A stretch of 64,000 nt of DNA from a candidate division FCPU426 bacterium. GTDB lineage: Bacteria; Oederibacteriota; Muellerivitia; Muellerivitales; Muellerivitaceae. Shown here piece after piece: positions 19,136 through 26,465 of this stretch. Location of the stretch: the NCBI GenBank assembly GCA_963738405.1, contig CAVTWJ010000009.1:4793-68792 (forward strand). Direction: 5' to 3'. The notes beneath the pieces were generated by a model. The model was given only the letters and a program-made list of their open reading frames with translations. It was not told the DNA's origin and made no database searches. The position numbers and the translations under genes are program-made. Position 1 is the stretch's first letter, and the number at the start of each line of letters is the position of its first letter.

Positions 19136-19789
19136 ATGGATGCAAGCAGGCTCGACGAGCGCCACGCCATGGTCAAAGATCAGCTTCAGGCCCGGGGTGT
19201 CCGCAACCCCTGGGTGCTCCAAGCGATGCTTGATATTCCCCGGCACCTTTTCGTATCTGAGGACCAAAGCCCCAAGGCCTACCAGGACGGCCCCCTTCCC
19301 ATCGGCTGTAACCAAACCATCAGCCAGCCCTATATCGTGGCTTCCATGATCGAACTGCTGGACCCCCAAAAGACCCACCGGGTGCTGGAAGTGGGCTTAG
19401 GGAGCGGCTATTTGGCCGCGGTTTTATCCGGTCTGGTGGGGGAAGTGTACGCGGTGGAGAGGGAATCCCAGTTGCTGGATCAGGCCAAGGCCCGGCTTGC
19501 CGCACTTGGCCTTCTAAACATCCAAACCCAAGAGGGGGATGGCAGTTTGGGTTGGAAGGAACAAGCTCCCTTTGATTCCATCCTGGTCTCGGCGGGCAGC
19601 CCTAAACTTTCCCAAAGCCTCCTGGCCCAGCTGAAGATTGGTGGGACTTTGCTGGCTCCCATTGGAAGCAGGGAGGAACAAAAGCTGGTGAGGGTTGTGA
19701 AAAGGTCCGAAACCCATTTCCAGGAGAAGGAACTGTACAAGGTGAAGTTTGTGCCCCTTATCGGCAAAGAGGGCTGGCCGCAAAGGTAA
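19136..19789 (+). CDS. pcm: protein-L-isoaspartate O-methyltransferase
   Basis: ISQPYIVASMIELL, VLEVGLGSGYLAAVL, IGGTLLAPIG motifs. RBS GGGAGG upstream. Confidence 0.9.
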   Translation: MDASRLDERHAMVKDQLQARGVRNPWVLQAMLDIPRHLFVSEDQSPKAYQDGPLPIGCNQTISQPYIVASMIELLDPQKTHRVLEVGLGSGYLAAVLSGLVGEVYAVERESQLLDQAKARLAALGLLNIQTQEGDGSLGWKEQAPFDSILVSAGSPKLSQSLLAQLKIGGTLLAPIGSREEQKLVRVVKRSETHFQEKELYKVKFVPLIGKEGWPQR

Positions 19790-19967
19790 TTACCCCGTCC
19801 GGGGTTGAAAGTGTTGAAAATTTGTCCGATTTTGCCCCCCTTTTTACCTCCCGCCGTAAAAAATCGGTAAAAGTTCACAAACGTATATTGCCCGGTTCTC
19901 AATTTTGAAAATAATATTTCTTGTTGGGGCCGTCTGGGCCAAACCCGTCCTTCGGTACCCTCAACCC

Positions 19968-20146
19968 GGTAAACAAAATCCACAAGTGGGTAAACAGTTC
20001 GGATAACCGGGTAAACAACAATCTCAACTAGGTAAACAAGGTCCGTAACCCGGTAAACAACCCACGCCAACCGGGTAAACAGGGACCCATAACTGGGTAA
20101 ACAGCCACTCTCAACCGGGTAAACAAGATTTCCCCGGGTAAACAAA
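19968..20146 (+). repeat. array of 9 direct repeats CGGGTAAACA at 21-22-bp spacing (iteron-like), preceded by an AT-rich segment (19895-19925)
   Basis: GGTAAACA occurrences start at 19968, 19989, 20010, 20031, 20052, 20074, 20096, 20118, 20137. Confidence 0.85.
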
Positions 20147-20156
20147 GGATTTTGCC

Positions 20157-22322
20157 GTGCCCCAACCTACGCCCGAATCAAAGGCCTGGATGGAAAGTTT
20201 GTCCGACCTGGCCGCCGACATTGAAAAACATCAAAAAGTTAAACATGCCGATCGGGCGGACGCCCTCGACCTTCACCCTACCAAGTTATCCTTCCTTTTG
20301 GCACTCCACCGGTGTTTGGACCCTGCGGCCCTTGCGAAAATCCGTCAGGCCGCCCAGGGGGATCACCCCTTTACCCTATCCTTTAAAAGCGCCAAGGCCT
20401 TGGCAGAGCTAGAGGGCCGGGTTCCTGATCTGTCAAAGGCGGTCCATGAGGCCTTAGACCAGATTCTGCCCCACCACCTAGCCACCCTGCAGATCAAAGC
20501 CCTGGTGGACCATATGGCCAGCGGCAAACCCGCCCAGGAATTTGACCCGACCCAGGTTAAAAAGACCCCCAAGGGTGGCCTTTCCCTCCAATCCCCAAGC
20601 CCTGACCCACCCCAAGAAGCCGAAGAGGATTCGGAGGATGAAGAACCGGAAGAAGAACCAACCAACCCAAAGGCCAAAAAGAAGACCTCTGCCCTGAGGT
20701 TTCAAACCGAGGGGCAAGGTTTGAGTGTACCCATTCCCAAAAAAGGAATGGGTAAGGCCAAAGGTCCCAACCTAAAACCCGCCAAGAAGGCCCTCAAAGG
20801 CGGGTTTAAAGACCTCCTCAAATACATTCACGAATATGTCAAAGCGGGCAGTAAGGCTGTGGCCGATTATTTCATTCCCTTGCACTCCCGTTCTAGCGGT
20901 AAGCGGGGAGGGGCCCAGTCCCTGCCCAACCTCTTCCGCTTTGCGGGCCATTGGGGGCTCTACTGGTTTTGCGTCCTGTTTATGTATGGCGGTAGCATCA
21001 GCTTCGTGGGGCACTTTATCCCCGGGGTGGGCCCCTGGATCGACGGCCTTCGGCTGGCTTTTTTCCACTTCATCCTTCACCTGCCTCTATGGCTCCTGGC
21101 ACAGGCGCTGGCCAAGCCCTGGGTGGTTCTAGTGCTAGGCGTTGCTCTGGTCTGGTGGATTCACAAGGAATTCCACGCCGGGTTGATGGCCACCCTCATC
21201 GTCGCGGCGGTTTTGGGCGCGGGATGGTATTTCCGGGGCTGGGTAATGGAACATCTACCAAATTTGACAAACCCATTTTCACCACCAAGTCTCCAAGACA
21301 CCAAGAACGACCAAGCCTTGGATAACAGCAAAACCCAAAGCCCCATAACCTCACCACCCAAGGCGGCCGGTTCCCCTATGGAACCGGCACAGCCAAGTCA
21401 TGGGCCTCGACCTGTCGTCTCGGCCCAGGCGCCCTCTGCCCGGAGGTCTCAAACCGACGGGCGTGACTTGAGTGCACCAATTCCGGAAAAAGGAATTGGT
21501 GTACAGGCCATGCCCAAAGAAGACCGGGCCTCTTTAGAAGCAGAAATCGCCGCCCTGCCCCGGCCCTGCCGGGTCAAAGATTTTCCCATCGAACCCGACC
21601 CCAATATAGGCGCCGAAATGGCAGGCCGCCGCCTCTCGGATATCCAGGACCCGGAAAAATATTCGCTTCGCGTGGGGCCCGATGAAAAAAAGATTACATC
21701 GGCGGTGGTGAATGGCTCCGGTTTCAACATGGAAATCCAAGGCGGCTTTTCGCTGGGGGACATCAACAGCGTCTTGGGCGATTCATCAAAAAAGGGAATG
21801 GCGTTTTATTGGGAAGACGTGCGGGCCATCCATTGTTGCGAGGTGGATGTGCTGGGGGATCACCCCCGTACCCTTTACCAATGCGGTTTGCTGATTGCGG
21901 GTTTGAAAAAGCCCATCACCGTGCAATGCGCAAGTGTTGAGGACTTGGGGCACCTGGTTTCGGGGCTGGAATTTTGGGTGCGAAACGCGCAGGGGGGCAA
22001 GAACGCGCCGATTGGCGGTTTGCCCTATCTGTACCAGGGCCTTCTGTTGGGCAGTGAAGGGGAAGTGATAGGTACTTGGGATAACAGCCCCATCGCGAAA
22101 ACGGGTTTTATGCCGGGCGATCATATATGGTCTGTGGATTCGAACCCCGGCATGCGCATGGGCAACGAGGAATTGCTTTCGAGTCTGCAAGACCTGTCGC
22201 CGGGCCCGCACGCGCTGTTTGTGGTGGACCCGGGTGAATGGGTGAAGGGAATGACGGGCCCAAGAAACAGAACCTGGGTTTTCAACCCGAAAAGAGTGAA
22301 GCTTCAATTGCTGGTTCAGTAA
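20157..22322 (+). CDS. large hypothetical protein, function unknown (acidic/Pro-rich linker, central 4-5 TM helices, internal SxPIPxKGxG repeat, possible C-terminal PDZ-like segment)
   Basis: 721-aa ORF with a GTG start directly after the repeat array (an alternative ATG lies at about 20186). Low-complexity EEDSEDEEPEEEP. Hydrophobic core LYWFCVLFMYGGSISFVGHF...VVLVLGVALVWWI. Confidence 0.5.
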   Translation: MPQPTPESKAWMESLSDLAADIEKHQKVKHADRADALDLHPTKLSFLLALHRCLDPAALAKIRQAAQGDHPFTLSFKSAKALAELEGRVPDLSKAVHEALDQILPHHLATLQIKALVDHMASGKPAQEFDPTQVKKTPKGGLSLQSPSPDPPQEAEEDSEDEEPEEEPTNPKAKKKTSALRFQTEGQGLSVPIPKKGMGKAKGPNLKPAKKALKGGFKDLLKYIHEYVKAGSKAVADYFIPLHSRSSGKRGGAQSLPNLFRFAGHWGLYWFCVLFMYGGSISFVGHFIPGVGPWIDGLRLAFFHFILHLPLWLLAQALAKPWVVLVLGVALVWWIHKEFHAGLMATLIVAAVLGAGWYFRGWVMEHLPNLTNPFSPPSLQDTKNDQALDNSKTQSPITSPPKAAGSPMEPAQPSHGPRPVVSAQAPSARRSQTDGRDLSAPIPEKGIGVQAMPKEDRASLEAEIAALPRPCRVKDFPIEPDPNIGAEMAGRRLSDIQDPEKYSLRVGPDEKKITSAVVNGSGFNMEIQGGFSLGDINSVLGDSSKKGMAFYWEDVRAIHCCEVDVLGDHPRTLYQCGLLIAGLKKPITVQCASVEDLGHLVSGLEFWVRNAQGGKNAPIGGLPYLYQGLLLGSEGEVIGTWDNSPIAKTGFMPGDHIWSVDSNPGMRMGNEELLSSLQDLSPGPHALFVVDPGEWVKGMTGPRNRTWVFNPKRVKLQLLVQ
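22158..22322 (+). repeat. direct repeat copy 1 (the 3' end of the 721-aa gene); copy 2 at 23100-23264
   Basis: About 165 bp with about 95% identity: atgggcaacgaggaattgctttcgag...caacccgaaaag. Confidence 0.85.
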
Positions 22323-22449
22323 TTGGAGTCCTCAAACCGTGGCATTCGTCTTGTGAACGAATGCCAGAGATGAAATTAACTGTGACGACCAAGTCGTCTT
22401 CTTGAGTTGATTTAAAATAGATGGTATAACAGTTATACCTGGAGCATGG

Positions 22450-22728
22450 ATGCGGTTTAAATTCGACAGGAACAAGAGCCATAAACTCCGCCGAAACCCC
22501 GCGCGCGGCATTGGTTTCGAGGAAGCCCAAAGAATATGGGAAAGCCCTTACTACCTCGACCAACGTTCCGACTTTCCGGAACAATGGAGGGCCATTGGCT
22601 GGGTGGGAGATAGGCTTTATTCCGTGATCTATGAAGAAAGAAGGGACCGGGAAGGGGATTACATCCACTTGGTCACTCTTTGGAAATCCACCAAGGAAGA
22701 AAGGAAATTATATGAAACCCATTCTTAA
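22450..22728 (+). CDS. brnT: BrnT-family toxin (DUF497) of a type II toxin-antitoxin pair
   Basis: MRFKFDRNKSHKLRRNPARGIGFEEAQRIW...YSVIYEERRDREGDYIHLVTLWKSTKEERKLY fits the BrnT pattern. Confidence 0.7.
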   Translation: MRFKFDRNKSHKLRRNPARGIGFEEAQRIWESPYYLDQRSDFPEQWRAIGWVGDRLYSVIYEERRDREGDYIHLVTLWKSTKEERKLYETHS

Positions 22729-22996
22729 GACAAAAAAAGTTCTGACGGCGGAACAAATAGCCCAAATGGCCGACAAGGGTAAGGATGTTTCCAAGCATTT
22801 CACGAACCATGGAAAAATGATGCCCGCCATCCGCCGGGTCAATGTGGATTTCGCCGAAAACATGCTGCGGGAATTGGACGGTTTGGTCCGCGAGATGAAC
22901 GTAAGCCGTCAGGCGGTCATCAAAGCTTTCCTGCGCCAGGGATTGGATCAGCACTACTTAGCCAAGAAAAAACGCCCGCATCCAACCGCTCATTAA
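22712..22996 (+). CDS. brnA: BrnA-like antitoxin (ribbon-helix-helix)
   Basis: Overlaps brnT by 17 nt. C-terminal RHH-like NVSRQAVIKAFLRQGLDQH. Confidence 0.6.
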   Translation: MKPILKTKKVLTAEQIAQMADKGKDVSKHFTNHGKMMPAIRRVNVDFAENMLRELDGLVREMNVSRQAVIKAFLRQGLDQHYLAKKKRPHPTAH

Positions 22997-23099
22997 CTCT
23001 TTAGTCCGATCCGGAAAACACAGGATGTAGTGGTGCCTTAAAAGGGGTGTATTAGAGTGGATCTGAAATTTTCTTTTTTCAGGCCTGACCCCTTTTACA

Positions 23100-23264
23100 C
23101 ATGGGCAACGAGGAATTGCTTTCGAGGCTGCAAGACCTGTCGCCGGGCCCGCACGCGCTGTTTGTGGTGGACCCGGGCGAATGGGTGAAGGGAATGACGG
23201 GCCCAAGAAACAGAACCTGGGTCTTCAACCCGAAAAGGACGAAGCTTGAATTGGATGTGCCGTA
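23100..23264 (+). repeat. direct repeat copy 2 (duplicated 3' end of the 721-aa gene; remnant ORF MGNEELLSRLQDLSPGPHALFVVDPGEWVKGMTGPRNRTWVFNPKRTKLELDVP)
   Basis: Aligned by eye to 22158-22322. Confidence 0.85.
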
Positions 23265-23284
23265 AAAGAGGTATATAAAGGGAA

Positions 23285-24283
23285 ATGAATTTGGATTACG
23301 TAGTCTGTAATTTTCTTTTTTCAGATCTGCCCCCTTTTACGATAATTAACGAATCGTTTGAACTTAAGGATATAAATTCGATGTTTTTAAAACCGAAAAC
23401 TTTAAAAATAAAACTTTACGAAGTGCCAACAACCAGCGAAAAAAATGTTATTGCAAAACTCCGAAAGGAGCTATTCCCAAAAGCTAATAAAGAAATGTTT
23501 TGGGGCATTGTCGCTGAATGGTATTCCTGGCTCAAACCAAACTGCAATCAAATTTCTATTTCAGACGCAGGCTATAAAACCAAATACGGGAAGGTTAATG
23601 TCAAAGAAATCGCTATTGCTCTTAACCGCCATCCAATAATTCTTCATGACAGTCAGTATCTCGAAACAACTTTTGTTCTATTACCTTGCTACCGATTTCT
23701 TTTTGACAACACCCTTGAGCCGTTGAGAATTTCGAAAGAACTTTTCGAAGCATTGAAAGAAATTAAAGAAAGAGATGCAAAAGAACATACTTCTATTTCA
23801 TATAAGGCTGACGAGCTGACCAAACGACTTGGTATGAAAGTAGATGAACCTTTCGAGGAAAAAATCCGTATGTTGTGCGATATAGGATTATTACACTGCT
23901 CTTCTTGGTCTTCAGGTTCCTCATTATTTGAAAATGCAACACTCAACATCAGCATTAAACCAACGGAAGAATATGAAGAGTGGTATAGAAATTTAATTTC
24001 TAATTTTGAGCGAGACGTAAATGACAACAAGAGAGAATTCTGGAAAAAAAACAAATTTTTACGTTGGCTCTCAGGGAAGGAATCCCTGACTGATAATGTT
24101 CTTGTTCCTGGTGAAATTTCCATTCAGGCTCAAAAACCAAGAATTTTACAAATTTCTATCCTTATACTTTTTATCCCACTCCTGGGCACAACCATCTATT
24201 TTGCTTCTCAAGCTAATTGGCCAGCCTGTGGAATATTTTTAACAGCAATATTAGCTTTATTGAATCTCGCCAAAGGGATGTAG
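23285..24283 (+). CDS. hypothetical protein with C-terminal double TM anchor (low-GC cassette, gene A)
   Basis: GC about 34%. C-terminal ILQISILILFIPLLGTTIYFASQANWPACGIFLTAILALLNL. Confidence 0.5.
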   Translation: MNLDYVVCNFLFSDLPPFTIINESFELKDINSMFLKPKTLKIKLYEVPTTSEKNVIAKLRKELFPKANKEMFWGIVAEWYSWLKPNCNQISISDAGYKTKYGKVNVKEIAIALNRHPIILHDSQYLETTFVLLPCYRFLFDNTLEPLRISKELFEALKEIKERDAKEHTSISYKADELTKRLGMKVDEPFEEKIRMLCDIGLLHCSSWSSGSSLFENATLNISIKPTEEYEEWYRNLISNFERDVNDNKREFWKKNKFLRWLSGKESLTDNVLVPGEISIQAQKPRILQISILILFIPLLGTTIYFASQANWPACGIFLTAILALLNLAKGM

Positions 24284-24285
24284 AA

Positions 24286-25500
24286 ATGTCGAATTCCGAA
24301 ATTCCAATCTCCAAAAATTATTTCTCGGCCAAAGGCAAAAATGCAGAAAGTTTTTTATACGAGCTTTCTAAGAAATCTTTTTTTGTAGATTGGTGTTATT
24401 TAAACCCTCTGTTACCAGACGGAAAAGAATTATGTGATCTGTTAATTGTGTTTGACGAAATTGCAATTATTTGGCAAATAAAGGATTTGAAGCCCAATAA
24501 AGACGGAGGAATTAAAGAGTCCGATTTTGAAAAAAACATAAAACAACTGTCCGGCGCACGCCGTACCCTTTTCGACCTTAAAACTCCAATTAAGTTGAAT
24601 AATCCAAGACGAGGGGAAGAAATATTCAACCCTGAAAAAATCAAAGAAATATATTTAATTGCAGTTTTCATCGGTGATTTTCAATCAAGCATTCCTTTAA
24701 TTGATTCAATCAAAAAATATTTGGTCCATATTTTCATAATGCCTTTTTTAGAAATAGTTTTGAACGAGCTAGATACCATTACTGATTTTATAGAATACTT
24801 AAGGTGCAAAGAAAAATTCATTACTTCTTTTAATCAACGGATAATTACTCTTTCCGGCGAAGAAGATTTTCTCGGTCTTTATCTTTTAAATGATAGAAAT
24901 TTAGACAAATTCAATAATGCTATTTTATTAACCGTTGCGGATGATATTTGGAAAGGATTTTCCACTTCTGAAAATTACAACCGCCGAGAAAAGGCTGATA
25001 AGAAAAGTTATTTTTGGGACAATCTGATTAATAGAGCCCATGAAGCAGAAACGGGAGAATACGAAATAATAGCTCGTGAATTGGCTCGTTTAAATCGCTT
25101 TGAAAGAAGATTGGCAAGTAACAGTTTTATTGAAGCCCATTTGTCGCTAAAGAATGATCCGAATAAATTATTCAAACGAACAATAGCAATTAAAGGCGTT
25201 TCTTATTGTTTTTTATTCGCTGGTGAAGCTGAAAAAGATATCGAGGAACGAAAAAATCTCTTGTTTCATACTTGTATGATTGTACGGATGCTTAAGCCTG
25301 AAAACAAAACCGTAATCGGCATTTCTACAAGTGCTGCGTATGGCCCAACATTTGGATATGAGTTTTTTTATATAAATATTCCAGAACTTTCTCAAAGTGA
25401 TATTGATGAAATCAAACAATACCAAAATAAGTTAGGGATCTACACCAAACCAGAAGAACACTTCAAGCAAGAATGGGAATATCCAAAAGATAAATCTTAA
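24286..25500 (+). CDS. NERD (nuclease-related, PD-(D/E)xK-like) domain protein (gene B)
   Basis: GKNAESFLYELSKKSFFVDWCYLNPLLPDGKELCDLLIVFDEIAIIWQIKDLK resembles the NERD core (G..E..v..L.kl...v..n.......EiDhlvi...gifvIEvKn). Start MSNSEIP at 24286 preferred over 24217. Confidence 0.45.
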   Translation: MSNSEIPISKNYFSAKGKNAESFLYELSKKSFFVDWCYLNPLLPDGKELCDLLIVFDEIAIIWQIKDLKPNKDGGIKESDFEKNIKQLSGARRTLFDLKTPIKLNNPRRGEEIFNPEKIKEIYLIAVFIGDFQSSIPLIDSIKKYLVHIFIMPFLEIVLNELDTITDFIEYLRCKEKFITSFNQRIITLSGEEDFLGLYLLNDRNLDKFNNAILLTVADDIWKGFSTSENYNRREKADKKSYFWDNLINRAHEAETGEYEIIARELARLNRFERRLASNSFIEAHLSLKNDPNKLFKRTIAIKGVSYCFLFAGEAEKDIEERKNLLFHTCMIVRMLKPENKTVIGISTSAAYGPTFGYEFFYINIPELSQSDIDEIKQYQNKLGIYTKPEEHFKQEWEYPKDKS

Positions 25501-25514
25501 GCTCTAAAAACACC

Positions 25515-26297
25515 ATGGAGGCTATTAAAATGCCATCCGAAATCCACACAGAAAATTCCGTAAAAGATAAATATAAAATCATGTATAAAAATTCTTACGC
25601 CTCAACTTTGCGAGACATTGCTGATTACGATTACATTTCGGCTCGACTTCTTCTTAGAAACCATTGCAAAGACCAATTTTTATATCTTGCCTACCAATCT
25701 CTAGAAAAGTACATGAAGTCCATTTTACTTTTTCATCTCCGAAAAAACAAAATCGGACATGATATTACAAAACTATTTGGTGAAATTTGTAAAATCACTG
25801 AGTTTGAGATCGGAAATAATCCAAGAATAAAGACCTTTATTGAAAGGTTTGATAATACTTTCGGGGACCCAAGATATTTATCGCTAGGATTTGCCGGTGA
25901 TTATAAGTATCTATTCGAACTAGATTATGCAGTTTGGAAACTTAGGATTTATTGTCAGCCTGAGAGAAACAGAATCTCTTTATTGGAAAAGGCGGACGAA
26001 AAAATATTGAAAAAATCATTCTTGAAAGGGACATTCTTACTTTGGTCGGGAGTATTAGAAGATGTTCATAAGGAAAAGAAAAAGGGCTTATATCAGAGTT
26101 TGGTTTGGTTTAATTCTTACTTTGGTCGTTTCAAAGGGAATGAAATGTCTCTCATGGGATATTGGTTTAAAAATTCTCCGTTGTTTTCAGGCAATGAAGA
26201 AAGACGCCTCTTAACTTACGAATCCATAAAGGACTATGTTCACATACCCCCGAAAATAAAAAACTACTTTGAAGATTTGAAAAAAAGGAACTCCTGA
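25515..26297 (+). CDS. HEPN-like protein (Rx5H motif) (gene C)
   Basis: DYDYISARLLLRN...FLYLAYQSLEKYMKSILLFHLRKNKIGHDITKLF. The R-x5-H and helical pattern resemble HEPN. Confidence 0.4.
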   Translation: MEAIKMPSEIHTENSVKDKYKIMYKNSYASTLRDIADYDYISARLLLRNHCKDQFLYLAYQSLEKYMKSILLFHLRKNKIGHDITKLFGEICKITEFEIGNNPRIKTFIERFDNTFGDPRYLSLGFAGDYKYLFELDYAVWKLRIYCQPERNRISLLEKADEKILKKSFLKGTFLLWSGVLEDVHKEKKKGLYQSLVWFNSYFGRFKGNEMSLMGYWFKNSPLFSGNEERRLLTYESIKDYVHIPPKIKNYFEDLKKRNS

Positions 26298-26465
26298 ACT
26301 GGTATGGAAGAAACGGACGGGGTCAGGCATGAAAAAAGAAAATTAAAGTTAATCGCACAACAATTACTAACATCACTTATATCCACGTCCTGAATCAGTT
26401 CGAACAAGACCTTAAGTTGTGTCTCCGTTAGTGGTAAAAGTCGCTTTTAATTAAATGGATAAATA

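Noticed and set aside
19968-20146. Possible CRISPR array (regular direct repeats)
   Set aside because: The repeat unit is only about 10 bp with spacers of about 11-12 bp, far shorter than CRISPR repeats and spacers. No cas genes nearby. Iteron or binding-site array is the better interpretation.
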